A DNA stretch of 64,000 nucleotides from Patescibacteria group bacterium (GTDB taxonomy: Bacteria; Patescibacteriota; Microgenomatia; UBA1400; PJMF01), in contig JBMORQ010000027.1 of the NCBI GenBank assembly GCA_049322575.1, positions 9,092 through 73,091 on the forward strand, read 5' to 3'. The position numbers and the translations under genes are program-made. Positions 34,348-42,850 of the stretch are shown piece after piece; positions within the stretch are counted from its first letter, which is position 1; every line of letters starts with the position of its first letter. A model generated the notes under the pieces. It worked only from the letters and a program-made list of their open reading frames with translations. It searched no databases and had not been told where the DNA came from.

Positions 34348-35637
34348 TCATTTAACAAAACGTTTCATGAAGTTGTCCAACAGATGACTAATACCTTTTT
34401 CAGGTGGAGTTTCATGCTGCAGGTTTGTTAGAAGCTCATAAGTTTTGTAACTTAAGTATCTAGCCTCATTTGCTGTCTGCTGTAAATTTGCGATCAGTCT
34501 CTCGTTTCTCTTAACACTAGCAATCGTTTCCACCCAACTAGAGTCATCTCGTGGTTCACTAATGCTATTCATCTTTGAACAAAAACAGTCCACTGCGTCG
34601 CCATCCAGATTGTAATAAACTTTTTTTGATACGACTTGCCAAGCCTGCTCATATTTTTTCTTGTCTGTTTTAATATCTGAAATCATTCCATTTAGCTCGC
34701 TAATGTTAGTGTCATCGATATGGACTGAAAGTTTAAAAACTTCATCGATTAATTTGTAAAATTGCAAATTTTTCTGATTGATTAGAAAGATGAGAGGTTT
34801 CTTAGTCAGCAGCGCCTCAAAAGTCATACTACTAACATCCAAGAAGAAGGCATCACTACCTCTTAATAGTTCCAGATTGTTGACACTACCCTCGAATGAT
34901 CCACCGTAAACAACAATATTCGATCTGGACTGGCTCAATTCTCGATATAAATCTACTATGTATTGAGGAGTGCTACCATGCAGTTTCACGATAAGTAAAA
35001 AGTCTGAATCGATATTTTTAGCAACTTCCAAACCAAGTGAGTCAACTGTTGTGTCACCAAAAAATGTCGGGAAATATGTAAAAACTTTTTTATATTTTCC
35101 TGGATAGAAAGATTTTATTTTGCGCTTGGCACTACTTACATCTTTGTCAGACGTATTAATAACATCATCGTTTTTTGTCTGACCGATTTGCCATAGTTTC
35201 CGGCTATCAACAGCCCGTTCGAGCAATAGTGACTCCTGATGTGGTCCGAGCGACGTAATGAAATCATAGCAGTTAAGCAAGGCGACTCTAGATGGTAAAA
35301 ACCAGCCAGTTTTCAAGCTTATACCATGAAACAACATAACCTTTTTCAGTGAGTAGAGAGCAGGAACAATATTATAAGACTCGAAAAAAAATATCCATCC
35401 GCTACGTCTGTTCAGAAAATCAATGGTCAAAGGAATATTGTGAGGCATGAACTCTGAGTTGTCGTCATCACCTACCAAACGATCCAACATCATGACTGGC
35501 AGTCCCACTTTCTTACACTCGCTATACACTTGTTCAGTCACCACCACGAAAGTGCCGCCTAATCTTCTATACAGCGGGAGTGCTTGCGATAAGTGGTGAA
35601 AAACATTACCTAAGAAAAAGTATATTTCCTCTTTCAT
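34348..35637 (-). CDS. TagF/TagB-like CDP-polyol:polyol-phosphate phosphotransferase (teichoic-acid-type polymerase/primase family).
   Basis: 429-aa GT-B-like protein. C-terminal half has the TagF-type arrangement (FYPGKYKKVFTYFPTF...KLHGS...). Translationally coupled (4-nt overlap) to the CDP-ribitol synthase gene. Confidence 0.55.
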   Translation of the reverse strand: MKEEIYFFLGNVFHHLSQALPLYRRLGGTFVVVTEQVYSECKKVGLPVMMLDRLVGDDDNSEFMPHNIPLTIDFLNRRSGWIFFFESYNIVPALYSLKKVMLFHGISLKTGWFLPSRVALLNCYDFITSLGPHQESLLLERAVDSRKLWQIGQTKNDDVINTSDKDVSSAKRKIKSFYPGKYKKVFTYFPTFFGDTTVDSLGLEVAKNIDSDFLLIVKLHGSTPQYIVDLYRELSQSRSNIVVYGGSFEGSVNNLELLRGSDAFFLDVSSMTFEALLTKKPLIFLINQKNLQFYKLIDEVFKLSVHIDDTNISELNGMISDIKTDKKKYEQAWQVVSKKVYYNLDGDAVDCFCSKMNSISEPRDDSSWVETIASVKRNERLIANLQQTANEARYLSYKTYELLTNLQHETPPEKGISHLLDNFMKRFVK

Positions 35638-36983
35638 TCTTTCCTTATATCAATAACTTGTCCAGTAACTTGAGAAAAAAGCACAGAAAGAGATTGCTCA
35701 GCAACAGTCTCGGCATCAAGCAATAGTTTCTTGTCCTCATTGGGAAAATTCTTTTGCCTCATCGGTGTGTCGGTCCTTGAAGGACAAATAATATTGACGT
35801 GAATATCGTCTTCATATAACTCATCAGCCAATGCTTGTACAAAGTTAACAAGAGCAGATTTTAAAGAGGAGTAAATTGCATATCCAGCGCGACCCCTAGT
35901 GTATGAGCTCGAGGAGAAAAACAATAAATGACCACCTCTGTTCAGGTAGTCGATGGCTGTCTTGGCTAGCATTATTGTTCCTGTGTAGTTGATGTTGACC
36001 TGTTCTCGAACTTCTTTTTCCTCCTGATCCTTAAAATTCTTATGTACCAAAATACCAGCGGTGATTATCACTGCATCAAACATACCCAATTTTTTGTGCA
36101 CACTCTCGAGAGCATGCTTAACTAATTGGCCATCACTAATATCGACACCATTTGATCTGGAAAAGCCACTCACTTTTGCTCCGTTTTCTTTACAAATATC
36201 ATAAATCGCCTTACCTATACCACTAGAATGACCGACAATAATAATTGTTTTATCCTGTAACAGTTCTTTACGTAAAGATCCAACATATGTTGATCGAAGC
36301 TGAAATATTTTGTCGGCAATGTGTATGTCTAAGGGGTAGGTGACCTTCATGTTCAAATCATCCCCCATTACGACATATACCTTCGATCCACAGTAACGAA
36401 TCACCAGGCCACAGTCATCCGTAACTGAGTAATCATTGTTTTCCTCAGCTAGCTGGTGAGCCTTCATAATTACGCGAAAAATGAAACCCTGTGGAGTTTG
36501 TCCCCTCATGTATGAAGAACGGTCAGGAATTTTTTCAATGTATCTATCCTTAACTTTTATCAGGGTATCGGCGGATGGAATTGCCACATCAACCGCTTCA
36601 TTGGCATCCAGGGCAGCGATCATTTCGTTGATGATTCTCTCAGATACGAAGGGCCTAACAGCATCATGTATCAGCACATAATCATCCGGAGATGCATTGA
36701 GAGATCTAAGAGCAATTTTTGATGACTCCTGGCGCGTAGACCCTCCAACCACAACTCTTATCCTTTGTAAGCCTTTTTCTCTGATGAATGACCTCACAAA
36801 ACCTTCATTCTCTGCATCGGTTACCAATACAACATCGTCGATCTGAGAGTGCCCAAGGAAAGCCTTAAGAGTGTGGAAAAATATTGGCTCTCCAGCCAGC
36901 TTGATGTACTGCTTGAAGGTTCCTTCTGACTTAAAACGTCCTCCTGATCCAGCCGAAAGTATTATTGCGTGAATTTTCATCAT
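35634..36983 (-). CDS. Bifunctional CDP-ribitol synthase-like enzyme: N-terminal IspD/TarI-type cytidylyltransferase fused to a C-terminal TarJ-type SDR reductase.
   Basis: N-terminus IHAIILSAGSGGRF is an IspD/TarI-like nucleotidyltransferase motif. C-terminal SDR has GHSSGIGKA (TGxxxGxG-like) and YxxxK (YSSLKSAL). Start is set at the internal Met; TAAAAT -10 lies 7 nt upstream. Confidence 0.7.
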   Translation of the reverse strand: MMKIHAIILSAGSGGRFKSEGTFKQYIKLAGEPIFFHTLKAFLGHSQIDDVVLVTDAENEGFVRSFIREKGLQRIRVVVGGSTRQESSKIALRSLNASPDDYVLIHDAVRPFVSERIINEMIAALDANEAVDVAIPSADTLIKVKDRYIEKIPDRSSYMRGQTPQGFIFRVIMKAHQLAEENNDYSVTDDCGLVIRYCGSKVYVVMGDDLNMKVTYPLDIHIADKIFQLRSTYVGSLRKELLQDKTIIIVGHSSGIGKAIYDICKENGAKVSGFSRSNGVDISDGQLVKHALESVHKKLGMFDAVIITAGILVHKNFKDQEEKEVREQVNINYTGTIMLAKTAIDYLNRGGHLLFFSSSSYTRGRAGYAIYSSLKSALVNFVQALADELYEDDIHVNIICPSRTDTPMRQKNFPNEDKKLLLDAETVAEQSLSVLFSQVTGQVIDIRKE

Positions 36984-37136
36984 TTTTTCAATTTTTAAAA
37001 CTAAATCATGGTAGCATATAGCAATCTCAAAACGAAATGACCTGTTTAGAGTCCAACAAAACAAATTAGAGGTTGCCAAATCAAGCTAACAATCTTTCAA
37101 CCAACTGCTAAGATTGCTTTTTTGATATATTAATCT

Positions 37137-38264
37137 TTAGCTACTTGAATGAATCGTCTCCCGCTCTAGTAGATGTTCAATTTGCTCCTCTGTTAAGGTG
37201 ATAAACTCCGATGGTCTCACTGACCGATCGTCTATGGTAAAGGCACTGGCATAAGGCTTGCCAAATTTTATCCCATCGAATGGAACCCCATGTCTCCGTA
37301 GCCAAGATAAGGTAACTGCCCCAACATCCTTTACAACTGAAGACTCATCATTGTTATGAGTCTTCATCCTTCGTGCTGTATGAAGAACAATTGTGTACCC
37401 CAACTCCTTATACTGTCTGAGTTTGTTTATTACAGCGGTGTTTGGTCGTTTTTTATTATATTTCGTGGTAGTATTGTCTTCAATCGTTATTGTGTTGTCT
37501 ATGTCAACAACCAAGGTTTTGTTTAACAAATTATCCCTTTTCATCTTTTTGTTACTAGTTCTCCAATAGCGTGATATTTGCTCTGGGGTTCCCATGGGTT
37601 TAAATAATTTTAAACGATCAATAACAACCCGATATCCATCATGGATATAGTCCATGTATAAGGGTGCAACAAAAAACTCATTGTTAACAGGACGCTCCAA
37701 TGCTCTTTTAGCATAGCTAAAAAAAAGCTCAGAATCTCTGAAAAAGTAGAATCCAACCGTTGCCCATGGAGAGATCCTCTTTTTCTCTTGGATGCTTATC
37801 ACTTCGTCTTTTCTATTTATCTTGCAGAAAGACCATGCGTCACCTGGTTGGCGCGAACATGGAATTATGCCCTCAATAGCTTTATCACTCATTAAATTTA
37901 TCAGAGTCGGACTCTGGAAATAGCTATCACAGTTATATATTGCTACTGAGTTTGATTTATTCATAAATTTTTCAACAACAACGGCCGTTTCCAATTGCCC
38001 CCTGGTTTGACCCATCAGCTCTATCCACTTCACATCATTAAATGGCAGCGAATCCTCGACTCTCTGCTGAAGTTTCCTCTTAATCTGATGGGATTTTTGC
38101 GAAATGATAAATAACTCATCATCGTGAAAAATTGGCAAAGACTCAATAGACCATTCAAGCAATGATTTGCCTCGCAAATTTATAAGTGGCTTGTGCAAAT
38201 GAGGTATCAATTTTTTAAATCTAGTACCTTCTCCAGCTGCACATAAAATGTATGTCACAGCCAT
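37137..38264 (-). CDS. Sugar-phosphate nucleotidyltransferase (LicC/MurU-like NTP-transferase) fused to a HAD-family phosphatase domain.
   Basis: N-terminus ILCAAGEGTRF is the G-x-G-T-R NTP_transferase signature. The C-terminal domain starts VVDIDNTIT (HAD DxDxT motif). Confidence 0.65.
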   Translation of the reverse strand: MAVTYILCAAGEGTRFKKLIPHLHKPLINLRGKSLLEWSIESLPIFHDDELFIISQKSHQIKRKLQQRVEDSLPFNDVKWIELMGQTRGQLETAVVVEKFMNKSNSVAIYNCDSYFQSPTLINLMSDKAIEGIIPCSRQPGDAWSFCKINRKDEVISIQEKKRISPWATVGFYFFRDSELFFSYAKRALERPVNNEFFVAPLYMDYIHDGYRVVIDRLKLFKPMGTPEQISRYWRTSNKKMKRDNLLNKTLVVDIDNTITIEDNTTTKYNKKRPNTAVINKLRQYKELGYTIVLHTARRMKTHNNDESSVVKDVGAVTLSWLRRHGVPFDGIKFGKPYASAFTIDDRSVRPSEFITLTEEQIEHLLERETIHSSS

Positions 38265-39736
38265 TTCATTCCTTTCTTGAACAAGTGCATGGCTTGAACA
38301 AATTGAGCTGACATGTGAGATAAACTATCTTGATGTAGAGGAATCATGCTTAAAAATAAAGTCGCTTCGAGAAGCCGTAGCTCTCTGATACTAATCCCAT
38401 TTTTTTCGACAAATTTGGTAAAAATCGAAGCTACCTCAAAATCTTGGAATTCTGGTTTGTTAAAATGCAAAGCAATTCCTTGTTGATCAAGTTGTAAAGT
38501 AAACATATCTGACATGATGTAATCATAGTTGCCAAGAAATGAATGAGATAGTTTGCAAATGTCATATATCTGTGGACGATAGGTCTCATCGATAGATTTG
38601 TTCCAGCCTCTTGGATCAATTAGCTTGAGTTGTTTTGACGCTGTGTCAAACATAATATTTGAGGCACATAGATCTCCATGAGAGAAATGTAATTCATTTC
38701 TACTTTTTTTCTTTACAATTTTCTCAACCGAGAAAAGAAGTTGGTCACAAAAATCATCGTAAGAACCAAAACCCTCAAGTTTTGCCAAAATCTCCAAACG
38801 ATCAATCTCCATCAATTTTTTTGTTTCTTGGATTCTTTTTCTTACTTTATCAACAAATAAAGAATGCATTTGCTCCCTGTAAACAACCCCATCAACCTTT
38901 TTTTTCGGAGCTGTGTCAAGACAATCTTGTATTTTTTCTAGAAAGTCTCTAAAGACTTCCTCTTTTTGAAAAGACCCATTTTTGAACAACACTGCTGCAT
39001 CAAAGGAGAAAATTTTTTCAACCTGATACGAAGCAGTTTGAGAGTCTTTGTAAAACACTCCCACATGAGGAAAAAAAGGTCTCAGTGAAGCAGGCACATT
39101 GGAAAGAAAGTTATACTCTGCCTCCATTTTATCAGTCTTAAATGATTGTTTTACAAAATAATAACAATTATCCACAGAAATGCTATTAAAATATCTTTTA
39201 TCGAGGTTCTGATTGAAAAGTAATATCGAATCAGTTGGATTCTCTAAATCCAACATCGATTGAGTTAAATCAACATCTATTGATTCTCTTTGTAAATCTA
39301 CCAATAGCATCTCATCGGAGTCTCTCTTTCTCAGAACTTCGAGATAGGGTACCGAAAAGATATATGGTTCTTCTAACCTCATCAGCTCATTTTTAAAAAA
39401 GGTTTTCTCGCTAATAGCAGCGGCTTTTTTTATTGCAAATTTTATTTTGTTCTCTCCGATGGGAAAAAAACGAGCGCTGTAATATATTAAGTTTGTATTT
39501 GATAAATCACCCTGGTAAATGAAACCATCGCTGATCGATTTATAGAGTTCCTTCCAGGTTACAACCTTGTCTGTCGTTAGTACAACATTGCGAGCTTCGA
39601 TGCCAAGTTTATCGATCAGGGTTTCAACATATTTTTTCTTACCTAATACTATCTCTGAATAGTTACTTACCCCAAGTTTACCTGATAAAAAGGAATTTGT
39701 AGAAAAACTTGTATTAATTATGTAAATTGTGTTCAT
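38255..39736 (-). CDS. APH/choline-kinase-fold small-molecule kinase (LicA/AmgK-like) with a long N-terminal extension.
   Basis: The C-terminal region has the Brenner motif HGDLCASNIMFD and downstream IDPRG. The N-terminal roughly 250 aa are of unknown fold. Confidence 0.6.
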   Translation of the reverse strand: MNTIYIINTSFSTNSFLSGKLGVSNYSEIVLGKKKYVETLIDKLGIEARNVVLTTDKVVTWKELYKSISDGFIYQGDLSNTNLIYYSARFFPIGENKIKFAIKKAAAISEKTFFKNELMRLEEPYIFSVPYLEVLRKRDSDEMLLVDLQRESIDVDLTQSMLDLENPTDSILLFNQNLDKRYFNSISVDNCYYFVKQSFKTDKMEAEYNFLSNVPASLRPFFPHVGVFYKDSQTASYQVEKIFSFDAAVLFKNGSFQKEEVFRDFLEKIQDCLDTAPKKKVDGVVYREQMHSLFVDKVRKRIQETKKLMEIDRLEILAKLEGFGSYDDFCDQLLFSVEKIVKKKSRNELHFSHGDLCASNIMFDTASKQLKLIDPRGWNKSIDETYRPQIYDICKLSHSFLGNYDYIMSDMFTLQLDQQGIALHFNKPEFQDFEVASIFTKFVEKNGISIRELRLLEATLFLSMIPLHQDSLSHMSAQFVQAMHLFKKGMKWL

Positions 39737-40610
39737 GACGATTCAGCTTTTGAATATTTCTTGTAAAGAATACTATAAGTATGCAGAAACAGATAAAAAC
39801 GAAAGCATAATAGATCGAACTGTATTGATTATTATACTGCAAACCAAAGTTATTGATAACATTGTCCAATACAAAAGGGTATGCCTGATCAATTCCCGTT
39901 GACGTGATGGTCATCACAGCATATAACTCAGTAACCCAGCCTAAAACGGTTAAAGAAAGCATTAAAAAAATCTTTTCCGCACTATTAATCCCTATTTCTT
40001 TAAATATCTTTTGTAAATGGCTAATTGCCAAAACAAGGTAATATGACAAACTTGAATGCTTTTTTCCTACCATATAAATCAAAAAGATTGAGAGTATCTT
40101 GGGCAATAAAACAATACCAAACCAAATAAATACTCCCAACAAAAGAGAAATTGTAGAGTTGGCTCTTAACGTACTCGTGCTCCCCGTGACAGCTTGTAAA
40201 AACAGGGGCGGTAACAGGATGATAAGATCGAAAAAACGGATGTAAATCATTACAGCAATAGTCTTCAAAAGGCAACTTTTGCAGTAACTACTAACTAATG
40301 CGACTAGACCAAAGTCTTTAATTAAGGGAAGCGTTACGTTGCCAAAAGAAGCTGACACAAACTGAAAAAAGATGATATTTTTTAGACCAACCCCTCTTAC
40401 TCCCATCAGCAACCAAATCCTTGCGGCACGAAACACGTGCGACAACAGATACAACAAAACAGAAAAGAACAATAGTTTAAAATTTGATTGGTTAACATTG
40501 AGCAATAAGTAGAAGATTGCCCACAAAAAATATACCGACAACAAAATCATCAAAAGTGGATGGGAGTTGGAACCATTGCGCTTGTGATCAGACATAGTAT
40601 TACTGTTCAT
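39714..40610 (-). CDS. Polytopic membrane protein, UPF0104 / lysylphosphatidylglycerol-synthase-TM-like (flippase-like).
   Basis: 298 aa, about 8 TM helices. Of the type commonly encoded next to DPM1-like GT2 enzymes. Overlaps both neighbours. Confidence 0.5.
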   Translation of the reverse strand: MNSNTMSDHKRNGSNSHPLLMILLSVYFLWAIFYLLLNVNQSNFKLLFFSVLLYLLSHVFRAARIWLLMGVRGVGLKNIIFFQFVSASFGNVTLPLIKDFGLVALVSSYCKSCLLKTIAVMIYIRFFDLIILLPPLFLQAVTGSTSTLRANSTISLLLGVFIWFGIVLLPKILSIFLIYMVGKKHSSLSYYLVLAISHLQKIFKEIGINSAEKIFLMLSLTVLGWVTELYAVMTITSTGIDQAYPFVLDNVINNFGLQYNNQYSSIYYAFVFICFCILIVFFTRNIQKLNRHEHNLHN

Positions 40611-41403
40611 AAACTAGGATTGAAAAATATTGCTTTAACGGTTTACCATTCATTTTTGGAAAGATATCAGAAGGCGCGACAAAATATCGAGCGAACAAAC
40701 CGAGAATATGCATACCCTGCTTAATTACTTTGGCATTACTGACTTGATCATCCTCTCTCCAAGTTATCGGGAAGAAAGCGAATACTGATTTTGTGTATAT
40801 TGTGAACAACAACAAATATACATTAAACGTCAAATCATCGGGAAAATAGTCAAAACGGCACTTCTTAAGAAATGTCACTTTATACATGTTTAATCCAGAT
40901 CCTGTATCGGTGATTTTTGATTGTGTAACCATAGAACACACTAAGTTAACAAGATAATTCCCATAAATTCGATATCTTGAATAACCACTTACGACTGACC
41001 GTTTATCAAACCTCGAACCGAGTAATGATGAAAAATTTCGATAAGATCCATCTGAGAGAATACTCAGAAGATCTTCAATATCAGCCTGATCGTCACCATG
41101 CAGAGTTATCAAATAGTCGTAGTTATTGTTAATTGCATAGTTAAAAGCCACCTTATGTGAGCCACCCAAATTGTAATTTGCGTTGTTCTGTAAAACTGCA
41201 ACTGGTTTTTTTAGATTTCTTGCAGACCTTATGGCTGCTGGGAGAGTCTTGTCTTGGCTCCTGTTCTCTACGATTAATATACCAGAAAGATAACTAAGTG
41301 CCCTACTAGATGACAACTTCTTTAACACTCTCACAATTTGTGTTTCGCAATTGTAAGCAGGGATGAACAATAGAATTGAGTCTTTTTTTTCTTTACTTTT
41401 CAT
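40600..41403 (-). CDS. Glycosyltransferase family 2, polyprenyl-phosphate sugar synthase (DPM1-like).
   Basis: ILLFIPAYNCETQI...D-x-D (LHGDDQAD). Start adjusted to the internal Met to remove a 200-nt overlap. Confidence 0.7.
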   Translation of the reverse strand: MKSKEKKDSILLFIPAYNCETQIVRVLKKLSSSRALSYLSGILIVENRSQDKTLPAAIRSARNLKKPVAVLQNNANYNLGGSHKVAFNYAINNNYDYLITLHGDDQADIEDLLSILSDGSYRNFSSLLGSRFDKRSVVSGYSRYRIYGNYLVNLVCSMVTQSKITDTGSGLNMYKVTFLKKCRFDYFPDDLTFNVYLLLFTIYTKSVFAFFPITWREDDQVSNAKVIKQGMHILGLFARYFVAPSDIFPKMNGKPLKQYFSILVYEQ

Positions 41404-42850
41404 CTCTATATTCCTTAACAGTGAATAGTTCTCCTTGTTTCCAGGTGCAGAATGGTAAAGAAACCACATCATTTTCATCTTTCGGGAGTCGTATTTGATT
41501 ATCCAACTCCGATGGTTTCCAAGGCATTGATAATACTCTTGCATGACCTTCTTGAAGAACAACAGAAAAAACTGGCCAAGTCCATAACCACTCATAACGA
41601 TTCTCGCTTAGAGTATCCAAATTAATCCTAGTTGTTTTATCTGCATTCAAGATTTGCTCGGTCGAAGACACGTAAAATCTTCTCCATCTGATGTTGTGAG
41701 ACATTTGCCAAAAACTGTGGAACAGTAGCATGATCGATAACACAAAAATGATTTGAGTATTGTGCACATATTTTGCGAAAAATTTCCTTGGCAAAAATAC
41801 TAATAGAGAAATAATAACTGATGCAACTGTAATCAGCACTCTCAAATCAAACTCACTTTGAGGAAACTGTCCATGTCTTGAAACCATGATGCACAAATGA
41901 ATTGTAAAAATCGGCACAAGCAGCAATGGAAGAATCAAATCAATAACAAACTTTCTCACTCTCATCTGCCGCTTCGTCTTTAACATCCGATTAATTATTA
42001 CGAAAAGGGCAACAAAAAAACCAAAGACAGAATATAGCAGGTTTGTTCTCTTCAAGTAGTAATCGAATGCGCCCATAATTTGAAATATTAAATTAATATA
42101 TCCTGAAGTCTGAGTTGCCACTGGATGTGAGACACCCCACCAAAAAGAATATGTCATTACACCCGCATATGTTGAAGCCAACAAAAGAAAGAATTTGTCT
42201 CTCTTCTTCAGATATCTAAAAATTGAATGAAGTGCGAATACCGGCGCAATGAATAAAGCCGTTTCATGACTTCTGAAAAGCAGCAATGAGAAAGAAAACA
42301 AAGGTATTCTTACGTCGTGGCCGGAATCAAGCATTATCGTGCAAGCAACTACCAATGATAGTATCGCAAAAAAACCAATAGCTGGATTAATGATGAATAT
42401 TGTGGAGGGGATAATAAAAACAATAAACAAAAAGAGGATTGCCAATGCCTCACCATACAACCTTTTTTTCGCCAAAAAAAACGTCGCGAAAAAAACCAAA
42501 AGAAATGGAAGAATAAAAACAGCTCCATCATACAGATAACCAAGCTCAGCATATCCAGTGATACCAAAAAATCTTCCCAGATTCATAGGAAACTGGTTTA
42601 TCAGATTAACAAAAAGTCTCTGGTGCTTTCCATCATCACTAAAGCCGTTGACTAAAGCGCTGACAAAAAAGAAAGAGCCGTCAGCATACATCGCTCTGTG
42701 TACAATTGTCGAGTGAAGTAATGAAATGAGATACAAAAGAGACGAGAATGCAAACAATCCAACGGTGGAAAAGTACACTCCCTGGGCGAGCAGACCCTCT
42801 CTTGAACCGAGGAATTGAGAAATTTTTTTCATAAAAAAAACAAATCTCAT
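41393..42850 (-). CDS. Large polytopic membrane protein, putative GT-C-type glycosyltransferase / polysaccharide polymerase.
   Basis: 485 aa, more than 12 TM helices. Confidence 0.5.
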   Translation of the reverse strand: MRFVFFMKKISQFLGSREGLLAQGVYFSTVGLFAFSSLLYLISLLHSTIVHRAMYADGSFFFVSALVNGFSDDGKHQRLFVNLINQFPMNLGRFFGITGYAELGYLYDGAVFILPFLLVFFATFFLAKKRLYGEALAILFLFIVFIIPSTIFIINPAIGFFAILSLVVACTIMLDSGHDVRIPLFSFSLLLFRSHETALFIAPVFALHSIFRYLKKRDKFFLLLASTYAGVMTYSFWWGVSHPVATQTSGYINLIFQIMGAFDYYLKRTNLLYSVFGFFVALFVIINRMLKTKRQMRVRKFVIDLILPLLLVPIFTIHLCIMVSRHGQFPQSEFDLRVLITVASVIISLLVFLPRKFFAKYVHNTQIIFVLSIMLLFHSFWQMSHNIRWRRFYVSSTEQILNADKTTRINLDTLSENRYEWLWTWPVFSVVLQEGHARVLSMPWKPSELDNQIRLPKDENDVVSLPFCTWKQGELFTVKEYRDEK

